A DNA stretch of 22,469 bases from Tubiluchus corallicola (lineage: Eukaryota; Animalia; Priapulida): the NCBI GenBank assembly GCA_030141605.1, contig JAQGDQ010001883.1, positions 1 to 22,469 on the forward strand. Reading direction: 5' to 3'. Within the stretch, counting starts at the first letter, position 1; each line of letters begins with the position of its first letter. The translations under genes were made by a program, and so were the position numbers. Below the pieces are notes generated by a model. It had not been told where the DNA came from, made no database searches, and saw only the letters and a program-made list of their open reading frames with translations. Positions 1 to 13,500 of the stretch are shown piece by piece.

Positions 1-490
1 CAGTCAGTCAGTCAGTCAGTCAGTAGTCAGTCAGTCAGTCGGTCAGTCAGTGTAACAGTTGCAGGTGCAGTGAGTCAGAGGTCTGTGGTGAGTCAGCAGT
101 CGGTGTCGTAAGAGTAAGTTGTCAGTTTGTCGGTTATGATAATGGTTAGGTCGATGTCGATCGGTCAGTCAGTCAGTCAGTCGTCAGTCAGTCAGTTAAA
201 TAAACAACAATGCATCAGTCAGTCGTCAGTCAAATGCGCCGCAGCCAAAGCGCAGAGATCAACAGGAGAAGAAGAGTGGCTCTTTGCATATTATTTTGTG
301 GACGAGTTTTTTAAATATAGAAAATTTACAAACATCGTACTATAAATTATCAGTTTGTCAAACAACAGTCAAACAACAACAGTCAGTCAGTCAATAAGTC
401 AGTCATCATGAGAATAACAATGAAGAAATGAAGTTTAATGTTAACACAGTTTTACCAGTGAACATATTTGGCCAGTCAGTCAGTCAGTCA
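1..490. repeat. Degenerate (CAGT)n microsatellite region with interspersed degraded sequence
   Basis: CAGT runs at about 1-50, 163-231, 380-405 and 473-490; reverse complement of the (CTGA)n tracts downstream. Confidence 0.8.
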
Positions 491-962
491 TACAGTATGT
501 AACACAAAGTCACTGATGAGTACCACGGGACTAGTGAACACCTCTAAACTGAGAGGTACAGCATCTGTCTATTGTGCAACGCTTTTCCGAGATGCAGGCA
601 CTAGTGCCCGTCTAACTAGCGAGTAGCGAAGTGTATGTAATACAAAGTCATACAGTATGTAACACAAAGTCACTGATGAGTACCACGTGACTAGTGAACA
701 CCTCTAAACTGAGAGGTACAGCACCTGTCTTTTGTGCAACGCTTTTCCGAGATGCAGGCGCTAGTGCCCGTCTAACTAGCGAATAGCGAAGTGTATGTAA
801 TACAAAGTCATACAGTATGTAACACAAAGTCACTGATGAGTACCACGTGACTAGTGAACACCTCTAAACTGAGAGGTACAGCACCTGTCTTTTGTGCAAC
901 GCTTTTCCGAGATGCAGGCGCTAGTGCCCGTCTAACTAGCGAATAGCGAAGTGTATTTAATA
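491..962. repeat. Tandem repeat, 3 x 160 bp
   Basis: tacagtatgtaacacaaagtcactgatgag recurs at 491, 651 and 811 with near identity. Confidence 0.95.
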
Positions 963-1318
963 CACTTTGGGGCAAGCACGAAATTACCATTCTGTAGTTA
1001 TAACTCTTTCAAATAAGTCATTTTTTACAAAATTGTATTTTCCCTTTCAATATTTTATAGGTTTTGATCTATAGTTTAAGATCGGAGCCATTTTCTTTTA
1101 ACAATCTAGTCCAGAAGGCGAATTATTGCGTTAATTGCTTATAGACTTTTTTCTGCATAAACACTGGAACAACACTTAGCATTTAGAACAACATTTACCG
1201 TTGCCATGGAAACTATTATTTCGTAAAAATTTAGAATACGGAGTAACTGTACTGTGACATAACAATATAAAACTGAAAAACTTATTTCACGAACAAGGCA
1301 AGCAAGAACATAACCAGA

Positions 1319-1626
1319 GTCACGGCGAAATAGATCCCTTTATGAAGTTACTGCACAAGTGACTAACGAAAAAAACTAGTTGTACCTTTAAGAAAGCTGT
1401 ACAGTTTTATTGTTTGTAATGTCACGGCAAAATAGATCCCTTTATAAAGTTACTGCCCAAGTGAGTAACGAAAAAAACTAGTTCTACCATTAAGAAAGCT
1501 CTGCAGTTTTATTGTTTGTAATGTCACGGCGAAATAGATCCCTTTATAAAGTTACTACACAAGTTAGTAACGAAAAAACTAGTTGTACCATTAAGAAAGC
1601 TGTGCAGTTTTATTGCTGTAATGTCC
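1319..1626. repeat. Tandem repeat, 3 x ~102 bp
   Basis: gtcacggc.aaatagatccctttat recurs at 1319, 1421 and 1523. Confidence 0.9.
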
Positions 1627-1852
1627 TCGAACTGTTTGAAGATTTATTTATCAGAAATATCGCGCCGATGGTTCTAACGGCCATAAACGATTTCCGTGCG
1701 CAAAGGGTTAAGACGCGCAACAAATTCTTTATTTACTGGGATGTTGCAATGAAAGAGAAAGTAATTACAGTCGACTTGTCTGGAGTAATATTTCACTATA
1801 ACGCTTCCCATGAGCCTGTTAAGCTGCACAATTGCTGAAATGACTGCAGCCG

Positions 1853-3554
1853 TGAATTATTTGGCTTCCAAACTGATAAGAAATTTAGCAATTTTTCTCT
1901 GTTTACAGGCAGCTGTGATACACCTTTTCTGCTGCTTTGTCATTTGCAACATGGCTGACTGTCTGACTGACTGACTGACTGACTGACTGACTGACTGACT
2001 GACTGACTGACTGACTGACTGACTGACTGACTGACTGACTGACTGACTGACTGACTGACCGACCGACCGACCGACCGACCGACCGACCGACCGACCGACC
2101 GACCGACCGACCGACCGACCGACCGACCGACCGACCGACTGACTGAATTATTTGGCTTCCAAACTGATAAGAAATTTAGCAATTTTTCTCTGTTTACAGG
2201 CAGCTGTGATACACCTTTTCTGCTGCTTTGTCATTTGCAACATGGCTGACTGTCTGACTGACTGTCTGACTGACTGACTGACTCACTGACTGACTCACTG
2301 ACTCACTGACTCACTGACTGACTGACTGACTCACTGAGTCACTGACTGACTGACTGACTGACTGACTGACTGACTGACTGACTGACTGACTGACTGGCTG
2401 ACTACTGACTGACTGACTGACTGACTGACTGACTGACTGACTGACTGACTGACTGACTGACTGACTGACTGACTGACTGACTGACTGACTGACTGGCTGA
2501 CTCACTGACTGACTCACTGACTCACTGACTGACTGACTGACTCACTGAGTCACTGACTGACTGACTGACTGACTGACTGGCTGACTGACTGGCTGACTAC
2601 TGACTGACTGACTGACGGACCGACCGACCGACCGACCGACCGACCGACCGACCGACTGACTGAATTATTTGGCTTCCAAACTGATAAGAAATTTAGCAAT
2701 TTTTCTCTGTTTACAGGCAGCTGTGGTGAACCTCTTCTTCTGCTTTGTCATTTGCAACATGGCTGACTGACTGACTAACTGGCTGACTACTGACTGACTG
2801 ACTGACTGACTGACTGGCTGACTCACTGACTCACTGACTGACTGACTGACTGGCTGACTGACTGACTCACTGACTGACTGACTCACTCACTGACTGACTG
2901 ACTGACTGACTGACTGACTGACTGACTGACTGACTGACTGACTGACTGACTGACTGACTGAACTATTTTGCCTCCAAACTGATAAGAAATTTAGCAATTT
3001 TTCTCTGTTTACAGGCAGCTGTGATGCACGAGAATAACCATCCACAAGAACCTCTTCTTCTCCTTCGTCCTCTGCAACATGGCTGACTGACTGACTGACT
3101 GACTGACTGACTGACTGACTGACTGACTGACTGACTGACTGACTGACTGACTGACTGACTGACTGACTGACTGACTGACTGACTGACTGACTGACTGACT
3201 GACTGACTGAATTATTTTGTCTCCAAACTGATAAGAAATTTAGCAATTTTTCTCTATTTACAGGCAGCTGTGGTGTACGAGAATAACCATCCACAAGAAC
3301 CTCTTCTTCTCCTTCGTCCTCTGCAACATGGCTGACTGACCGACCGACTGACTGACTGACTGACTGACTGACTGACTGACTGACTGACTGACTGACTGAC
3401 TGACTACTGACTACTGACTGACTGACTGACTGACTGACTGACTGACTGACTGACTGACTGACTGACTGACTGACTGACTGACTGACTGACTGACTGACTG
3501 AACTATTTTGCCTCTAAACTGATAAGAAATTTAGCAATTTTTCTCTATTTACAG
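1853..3554 (+). repeat. Composite array of (CTGA)n/(CCGA)n microsatellite alternating with five truncated copies of the splice acceptor plus 5' part of exon 3555-3681
   Basis: aaactgataagaaatttagcaatttttctct.tttacAGgcagct ... tgcaacatggct with the acceptor AG ending at 1908, 2199, 2716, 3014 and 3263; the real acceptor ends at 3554. Confidence 0.92.
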
Positions 3555-3681
3555 GCAGCTATGGTGCACGAGGATAACCATCCACAAGAACCTCTTCTAC
3601 TCCTTTGTCCTCTGCAACATGGCTTGGATCATCTGGTACACAACAGTGAATACAAACGTGGACGTCCTTCAAGACTCCCCC
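3555..3681 (+). CDS. GPCR exon (ICL1-TM2-ECL1), 127 nt
   Basis: ttctctatttacAG| acceptor and CCC|GTaagt donor; translates QLWCTRITIHKNLFYSFVLCNMAWIIWYTTVNTNVDVLQDSP. Confidence 0.92.
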
Positions 3682-6600
3682 GTAAGTCTGATGCAATATT
3701 AAATTATGAATTTATAATTAGGATTATTAAATAATAAATTGGTAATTGTGGAGCAAACCCAGCGGCACTGTATGTATTAAAAATATGTGTGAAAAAATAA
3801 ATGAGAAGTCTGGATTTGAACCAGATACCCCGCGTTTATAAGATTGAGTATTAAATTATGAATTTACACTTAGGATTATTATATAATAAATTAGTGATTG
3901 CGGAATTGAGGAACAAAGGGGCACTGTATGTATCAAAAATATGTATGAAAAATACAGTAAATGCCTGGATTAGAACCAGATACCCCGCGTATAAAACCAA
4001 TTTTTGTATACATTTGTGACTTAACACTAGCTTTTATACTAACAGATTGTGTGCAATGTTGATATAGAATTGTATAAATTTATCGCTGTTTGTGAGATCA
4101 GCCTAGAAATTCTTTGTCTTGATTCTCTTCCTCTTTCTTTGATTTTATTCTCTTTCTTCATAACGTTTTGTGTTGCTTTTATCACTCTCGCTTCTGCTTT
4201 ACATATCTTTCCTTACTTTACTCTATTTTACATTCTTGTTTTTCTTTTTTCTTACTCTTTCTTCTTTCTCTTTCTCTGTTTTTATTGGTTTTCTGCCTAT
4301 CGCATTCATTTGTGTTGCATTGTTTATCATTTTCATTTCTGCTTTACATATCTTTGTTTACATTACTCTATTTTCTTTCTTGTTTTCTTTTTTCTTACTT
4401 TCTCTTCTTTCTATCTTTCTCCTGCTTCTTTTTCTTTCTCTGTTTTTGAGGGCACCAAAAACGTATTAGGAATCTAACGTAAAAACAAGCGATGAGCTTA
4501 TAGAAGCCAGCACAAAAACTGAAGAATCTGCACAACGGTTGAACATCGTTGGTGAAAAAATGGCTTCATAACCTTGAAGTGAGATTCTCATTACATCAGA
4601 GAATCGGACTAGCGAAGCCAAGTGAATAAGAACCAAATGGTCACTAATGACCGTTTGCCTCTAGGATTTTCTTTCTGGGGAAACTAAAAACCAGCCGTTG
4701 ATTAAAATTCCTTTTTAACAGGCCGTATTACCCTAAGGCTTAAGAGATGCAGGTGGGACAGGGCCGCCATCTTGTGTTAATTAGAGAGAGTCGCCATCTT
4801 GTGTTGATTAGTTCTTAAAGACAGTAGGTTTGTTGTGAAGATTGTGCCGCCATCTTGTGTTAATTAGTTCTTAAAGGAAGGCAGTAGGTTTGTTGTGAAG
4901 ATTTACCCGCCATCTTGTGTTAATTAGAGAGGGCCGCCATCGTATGTTGATTAGTGTTTAAAGACAGTAGGTTTGTTGCGAAGATTGGGCCGCCATCTTG
5001 TGTTAATTAGAGAGGGCCGCCATCGTGTGTTGATTAGTTCTTAAAGACAGTAGGTTTGTTGCGAAGATTGGGCCGCCATCTTGTGTTAATTAGAGAGGGC
5101 CGCCATCTTGTGTTGATTAGTTCTTAAAGACAGTATATTTGTTGCGAAGATTGGGCCGCCATCTTGTGTAAATTAGAGGGGGCCGCCATCTTGTGTTGAT
5201 TAGTTTTTAAAGACAGTAGGTTTGTTGCGAAGATTGGGCCGCCATCTTGTGTTAATTAGAGAGGGCCGCCATCTTGTGTTAATTAGTTGTTAAAGACAGT
5301 AGGTTTGTTGCGAAGATTGGGCCGCCATCTTGTGTTAATTAGAGAGGGCCGCCATCTTGTGTTGATTAGTTCTTAAAGACAGTAGGTTTGTTGTGAAGAT
5401 TGAACTGTGAGTCGTTGTTTATTTGTTTTCTTGTCGTTTATTTTTTGTTGTTTATTTGTTTGTTTGTTTGTTCGTTTTTGCTTTTGTCATTCATTAACTT
5501 TTGCTCTTCTTTTTTCTCATGTTTCTCTTCCTCTTTCTTCCTGCCTAAGCGTTTTTTGTGTTGTTTTTATCATTCTCACTTTTGCTTTACATATCTTTTA
5601 TACACTACTCTATTTGCTTTCTCGTTTTTCTTTTTTCTTACTTGTTCTTTTTCCTTCTTTCTTCTGTTTTTCTTCCTCTTTCTCTGTTTTTATTGTCTTT
5701 CTACCTGTCGCTTATTTGTGTTGGATTTATCATTCTCACTTCTGTTTTACATATTTTTCCTTCTTTACTCTATTTTTCTTTCTTGGTTTTCTTTCTTCTT
5801 ACTTTTTCTTTTTTCTTTTTCCTGTTTCTCTTCCTCTTTCTCTGTTTTTATTGTCTTCCTGCCTATCCCTTTCCTTTGTGTTGAATTTATCATCCTCACT
5901 TCTGCTTTACATATATTTTCTTACATCACTTTATTTTCTTTCTTGTTTTTCCTTTTTCTTACTTTTTCATACCTTTGTCATCCTCTTTTCTCTTGCCATC
6001 CCTTCCCTTCGCTTCTTCTTCTTTTTAATAACGAACTTACGCAACGCACACTTTTCTTCGACGGTTTTAAATTGCCAATCACTTGGCTGATTGGCTAAGT
6101 CGACTAAGAGATTTGTAACTCGGGAAGGGAAGGCTGTGGAGAAACCCTCTTTCTCGTGCCATTCTTGACAAGTTTTCAAATTTAGCTTCCGAGATTAACA
6201 TTTCTCCGAATCGCTAGCATGCGAGCACGTTACATGAATAACTTGTGCTGAGATCACGTGATCAGGTGAAATAATTAGTCAGAGAAAGAATTACCTTATC
6301 GCTGTCATACATTCGTGGGTGACGTTGTCTGAAGTAAAATTTCAGTTAAATCACAAGAAAACCCTCCACTTACGTCAAGTTTAAAACTATCTTGAAATCT
6401 CTCATGTACTGTTTTTTGCATCTTGGACTTGCGCCGGCAGTAACGCTGTATAAAACATGTAAATTTAAACTCCCCCTCCACTTACGTCAATTTTAAAAAC
6501 TACATCTTGAAATTTTATACCTCTCATGTACTTTTTTGCATCTTGGACTTGCGCCGGCAGTAACGCTGTATAAAACATGTAAATTTAAACTCCCCCTCCA

Positions 6601-7473
6601 CTTACATCAAGCTTAAAAACTACATCTTGAAATTTTATACCTCTCATTTACTGTTTTTTGCATTTTGGACTTGCGTCGCCAGTAACGCTGTATAAAACAT
6701 GTAAATTTAAACTCCCCCTCCACTTACATCAAGCTTAAAAACTACATCTTGAAATTTTATACCTCTCATTTACTGTTTTGTGCATTTTGGACTTGCGCCG
6801 GCAGTAACGCTGTATAAAACATGTAAATTTAAACTCCCCCTCCACTTACATCAAGCTTAAAAACTACATCTTGAAATTTTATACCTCTCATTTACTGTTT
6901 TGTGCATTTTGGACTTGCGCCGACAGTAACGCTGTATAAAACGTGTAAATTTGAACTCCCTCGATGATATGATTAAACTTAAACGCGGCCATTTTGACGA
7001 TAAGTCATGTGAAACAACTTTAAATAACATTGTGTAAGTTTGAAAAAAATAATTAGAGCAGTCGTAGCATACCCGTCACTACCTAAATAAAATTTTAAAT
7101 TACTTAATCTTATCAATACGATTTTTAATACGTTTTTGGCTAGTGAGTGGCGCACCCTGGTTTTTGAGTCAGTGACATTTTGCCAATTAGTGAAAACATT
7201 TTATGTAATTAATGATTTTCTTTTCTAATTACAAGCAAAGTGGGTGAAAATACACAATTTATACGTTTGGTGAAAAGAGAGAGAGAGAGAGAGAGAAATA
7301 GGGAGAGAGAAAAGAGAGAGAGAGAGAGAGATAGGGAGAGGGAGAGGGAAAGAGAGAGAGAGAGATAGGGAGAGAGAAAGAGAGAGAGAGAGAGAGGGGG
7401 GGAGGGGGAAAGTGAGAGAGAGGGAGAGAGAGGGAGAGAGAGAGATAGGGAGAGAGAAAGAGAGAGAGGGGGA

Positions 7474-7530
<57 letters not shown>

Positions 7531-10500
7531 AACAGAGGAACAGGAGAAAGAGAGGACGTACTGATAAAGGTGTTCCATGAATGGATAGAAAGAGGGGACC
7601 CAAAAACTAAATCACCATTTTTTTATCTGAGTGCATCAGATCTTTTGTGCCTTGTTGCTCTTTCTGTTCATTTGCGGATTGATACACTGTTAAAAGTGCA
7701 AATAAAATTCGATTCAATTCTATTTTATTCATCTTTTCTACAGTAAGTGAAATGTGTTTATTTCTTTCAGTTATGGTGTCAAATATTTCATGTTGTCAAT
7801 CAGTACTTCACAGCCTGTAATTACCTGTGGATGTTCTGTGAAGGAGTCTACCTGCATACGATGATAGTCTTTGCATTTGTCACTGAAAAACACATAATGA
7901 AAGTCCTGATTGTAATTGGATGGGGTACGTATCAGATTCAAATCAGATTTATTTTATTTTGTTTATGAAAACCAATGTAAAAAAATTGGTCCTTGAAATG
8001 CGATAACCAAAGAGGTTATGCTAGATGCAAGCACATGTCTTTAGGTTGTACTGAAGTATATGACAAAGCAGCGGCCGACCAGCTAAGTGGCACCTGGCAT
8101 TTGTTAGTATATGTAGTTTGTACTAAAGAGAAAAGAATTATGTAATAAATGTGAAAAAGAAAAAGTAAGGTAGGTCAGTAGGAACAGGATAGCGCTAAAA
8201 AACAGTTTGGAGAAAGAAGGTCATGGGAGTAGGTTTACATATTATAGTTTTAGTTTTTTGAGAGGTGATTATATTCTCATTTTTGTAGGAGTGTAATTAT
8301 AATCATAAAATAGTTTGTATTAATGGAGAGAAATTTTGCATACGTACAGTTATGATATTTTTCGAGGAATATGTTATGAAGGGAGTAAGGAAGACAAAAA
8401 ACAGGTAAGGAGTAAGGAATATAAATACAGGTTTTTGGAGTCATCAGGAGGAATTTGAGAGTCGAGTTTCGACTGCTTATGATAGTAAAGGTTCGAATTA
8501 CGGTAAAAGGCAAAAATTTCTGAATCCCCCATAAGCGGCACGTGTACAGGTGTCGTGAAACTGCAGCGCCCCCTATTTTCACTCAATGTTATCGGTGGCA
8601 ATGAATGTAATAAGTCTTTTTTCTTTAGTTCTTGCTTTATGCTTGTACAGAACCAGAGGATAGTTCTGCTTGCTTCGCAGCCCAACACAGTGGTGTGTTT
8701 GGCTGTTGTGCGCATGCGGCCATGCGCACACGTCTGAGATAACACGCTGCACTGCTGGTGTCTGCTGCTATGTAGAGAAAGTACTGCCGCTCACACAGTT
8801 TGTCGTCAGTTGTACGCTGCACTGCTGGTGTCTGCTGTTATATAGAGAAAGTACTGCCGCTGACACAGTTTGTCGTTAGTTGTCACGTGCTTAAAAACCG
8901 TCGACTGGCATATTCTTGAATTGCAGCAATTTAGGCTATTAGTGAGCAAAAATTTGTTTGTTAAAGTTCATGTGTAAATTTTTGTATGTTTGTCTATTTA
9001 AAATTACAACATTAAAATTACACATGTTTGTTCCGTTTTACACAGTATTAAAATAATGGCTAAAAATGTTCTGAAGCAGCAACCCCCCTCCCCCCCCCCC
9101 CAGTAATTTTAACTACGAACCGCCACTGTATCTGATACAAAGGCAAAAGGGTGGAGAAAACTAAATAAATCGAGTCTGGCGCCTCTTTTCGTAATTGTAG
9201 AAAATATCCGTTGATAACATAATTTAAGAATAATGAAACTAACAGACTAACTGAGTAACTAACTAACTAAACTAAACAAAAACAATGTTACTAACTTACT
9301 AATAATTTAGAAGTGGCTGTAATAAGTTAGGTAGATTAATGCAGTAGCGGTCTAATATTGGATCACGAAACGAAATAACATTAGCCTCACCGTCGTCGTC
9401 GTCGTTGTCGTCATCATCATGTGTCGTAATATATGTGATTATCATTACACTCGTAATCTGGTCTTCGTATCATTCGTGTTTTTGCCATCATTATCATCAT
9501 TAATGGCCAATGCATATCTTCATTTTTATCATTTTCATCATTTTACTGTCATTTCCATTTTTTGTTTTTCATGTTTTTCTATTTCTTCCCATTTTTCTTC
9601 TTTATCTGTGTTTCTGTTCTTGTAGATCTTCTTAATAAATCATACTTACTGGTACCATACTAACTTACTTGGTACCATACTAACTTACCTGGTACCATAC
9701 TAACATACTTGGTACCATACTAACATACCTGGTACCATACTAACTTACTTGGTACCATACTATTTTACCTGGTACCATACTAACTTACTTGGTACCATAC
9801 TAACTTACTTGGTACCATACTAACTTACCTGGTACCATACTAGCTTACTTAACACCATACTAACTTACTTGGTACCATACTAACTTACTTGGTACCATAC
9901 TAACTTACTTGGTACCATACTAACATACTTGGTACCATACTAACTTACTTGGTACCATACTATTTTACCTGGTACCATACTAACTTACTTGGTACCATAC
10001 TAGCTTACTTGGTAATATACTAACTTACTTTGTACCATACTAGCTTACTTGGTAATATACTAACTTACTTTGTACCATACTAACTTACTTGGTACCATAC
10101 TAACTTACTTGGTACCATACTAACTTACCTGGTACCATACTAGCTTACTTAATACCATACTAACTTACATGGTACCATACTAACTTACTTGGTACCATAC
10201 TAATTTACTTGGTACCATACTATTTTACCTGGTACCATACTAACTTACTTGGTACCATACTAACTTACTTCTGCGTTACTATAGTCTTTACTTAAAGAAA
10301 TTTTGCACTTTCGTAAAAGTGTTGAAGTTTTTATAAAACTGCTGTTGAATTACTGAACTCGTTTATCATATTTTGCAGGATTTCCCGCATTGCTAGCTGT
10401 TACGTATGGTGTGGTACGTGGTCTGCAGCCTGATGGTAACATTGATAAGTAAGTAAAGTATTAGAAAAATACCGCAGCGTCAGAAATTTAAACACAGCTT

Positions 10501-13500
10501 ATAATTCTTTATTTTTAAAAACTATGTACAGAATACATTCCCTCTATTTGTAGGGATATGTATAAAATTTCTAAAAGCATTTACAACGTATTAAACCTAT
10601 TCACACATATATATATATAATTTAGAATCTAACGCATGAGACACATTGAACGACAACGATCATATATGAAATACCATCACACCAGTACGACAGCATACAC
10701 ACTAATTCAGAATTCATATATCCACGGCCATATTAATTAAATCATAGTTTTTTCATTTTTTGTGCATAGTTGTAAATACGTTTGATTTTATTCGTCGTTA
10801 CTTTCCATTACTGCACAGTAGTTTAAATTGCACTGACGCATTTGCCTTTAGCAGTGTAAGTTTTTATTAACTAACACTGATTGATCAGCTCTGTAAAGTT
10901 TTTATCAGTGATTATCAATGTATTTTAATGGCAAATGAAGATTATTACATACATACATATACAATAGACATAGTTACAAATTATAAACCAACACTACATA
11001 CATACATAATAAAAGATAACGAACATATTTTAATACTTAGTAACAAAAATTTACACACGTTATACACAATGAAAAACAGCGAATACAATTATAATAAACA
11101 TAAGTACCAATTCTAATGCAAATTCACATAATCATAAATAAAAACAAAACAGCATATAGAAAACACGACGAGCATTGTAAAATTTCATCACCAACAGACT
11201 GTTTACATACGGGCGATAAGGATGGATGGCTGCCATGTTAAAAACGGCCAAATTCGAGCCATGTTTTTTGCCTACAGTCTGAATTCTTGAGGGCAAATTA
11301 ATCACCACACGGTTCAAGTCTCCAAAGTGGAAGCTGCCATCTTTCTCCTTTGAGACGCCGTGTTTAATAATGATTGATTAAGCTCACGACATTGTTTTAC
11401 GCTGGCTTGACAGGTCATGTGTCTTAGTCTGGTTAAACTGCAGGCTTTTGATCAATCAATTATGTTCAAAGACGAGAAAAGAACCGCTCTACAACGCGGC
11501 GCCATAGTTGTAACAAAGGCAAGTGCAAGAGTTACACTTAAAGGATGATTTTTCATGTATTACCCCAATTTAATTGCACTACCCTATTTCCAAGTACAAT
11601 AAAAAGTATACATTCTAACACAATTAATACTGCAAAAGTGTTTATGATAATTAAACGATAGATTGAAAACTTTACTAACGGCAGGCGAGCCCAACTATTG
11701 ACGACATCACAAACTAACATAATTTTCAACAGCAGAAATATTCAACGAGCGTGTTGCATGTGTTTGCGAAAGCGAAAGTTGAAGTACAGTGCTACTGTGA
11801 GATATTCAGTGTGTTGTACTAAAACTAGATAAGTTTTAAGATAAAAATTCATATTTCAAATGTACCACTGTGCTCGTGCATGAGCTGTCAAATGTGTGTA
11901 GTTCGTCACAAACTAACACATCAGAACTGAGTGGTACAGCACCTGTTTTTGTGTAATGCGTTTCCGAAATGCAGGCGCTATTGCCCGTCTAACTAGCGAA
12001 TGGCGAAATGCATGTAACAACATTCTGAAGTACAGCAAAAGTATACATTTTAGCACAATTAATACTGCAAAAGCGTTTCTAATAATTAAATAATAGATTA
12101 AAAACTTAATTAATGGCGGGTGAGTCGAAGTGTTGATGACATCACAAACTAACATAATTTTCAACAGCAAATTAAACTCGACCACCCAACCCAGGGTGGC
12201 GACCAGCATCCCATTTTGAAGTAGGATAAAAATTATATATTTTAAGACCATTTATTTTTTGGTAAAGCGTTTCGGATAATTAAATTATAGGTTAAAACCG
12301 CTAATTTATGTCCGAAGACACCAGTTCATGAAGACGTCACAAGTGAACATAAATTTCAACAGAACTGACATTCCACGGGCGTGTTGCAAGTGTTTGCGAA
12401 CCGGAAAATTGAAGTACAGTGCTGCTGTGAGATATTCAGTGTGTTGTACTAAAACTAGACAAGTTTTAAGATAAAAACTCAAATTTCACAAAATTAAGTG
12501 ACGTTTTCTCAAATATTTTCAAAGTTCTTCATGCATTTTATTTGTTCTGTTTATGGAGTTGCATAACTTCTGTTTTATTGTTTAAATCTCGTCTTAAAAA
12601 ACTATTACTTTCTTCCTTGCTGACTGACTCACTGGCTGGCTGACTGACTGGATGACTGACTCACTCACTCACTCACTCACTCACTGACTCACTGACTTAC
12701 TCACTGACTCAGTGACTCAGTGACTCACTGACTCACTGACTGACTGACTGACTGACTGACTGACTGACTGACTGACTGACTGACTGACTGACTGACTGAC
12801 TGACTGACTGACTGACTGATTGATTGACCGACCGACCGACCGACCGACCGACTGACTTACCTACTTATTCCTCAGAAGTTGCATATTTCTAGACGCTGTT
12901 GGTAGGGTAGGAAAGGGAATCAAAGAGTCAAGACATTAACATGTTATTATGTTTTATTTTCAGCTGTTGGATAGCTGAGTCAAAATACAGCTGGATCATC
13001 AGCGCTCCTGTATGTTTGTCTATAGTGGTGAGTTTAACCTGTAAAAATCTTGTTTAGATGAATTCAATTACTCAATACTACGTATGTTTATTTTATATTC
13101 AAGTTAGAATTTTAAAAAACAAAAACATGATGATTCTTCATATCACCTCCCATCTTGAGGTGCGGTAAAGTGTGTATTTTAGCGCCTAATACATTGCCAA
13201 AGCCTTTCTGATAATAAAATAATAAATTAAAAACTTAATTAACGAGGGGCGAGCCCAAGTATTAATGACATCACAAACTAACATAATTTTCAATAGCACT
13301 GACATTCCACGAGCGTGTTGCACGCGTTTTTTGAAAGCGAAATTTGAAGTACGGTGCTACTGTAAGATATTTAGTGTGTTGTACTAAAACTAGGCAAGTT
13401 TTAAGATAAAAATTCTAATTTCAAGTTTTCCGCTCTGCTCACGCATCAATTTTCGAACGTGTGTACTACGTCACAACTGAACACTTCAGAACTGAGAGGC

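Noticed and set aside
512-545. Hammerhead-like CTGATGAG in the 160-bp tandem unit
   Set aside because: Followed by GAAC rather than GAAA, with no convincing stem II or stems I and III.
1940-3294. Minus-strand SQSV/VGRS-repeat ORFs
   Set aside because: Translations of the tetranucleotide microsatellite.
4760-5401. Repeat-spacer-like pattern of gggccgccatcttgtgtt
   Set aside because: The intervening sequences are themselves repeated (two alternating types), so it is a composite minisatellite.
4049-7603. Phe/Leu/Ser-rich 'membrane protein' ORFs (4049-4477, 5400-6098, 7225-7603 and overlaps)
   Set aside because: Open in several frames at once because T-rich or (CT)n sequence lacks stop codons; intronic.
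9641-10270. Possible CRISPR array (short palindromic repeats)
   Set aside because: Head-to-tail 20-mers with no unique spacers, inside a eukaryotic intron, and no cas genes.
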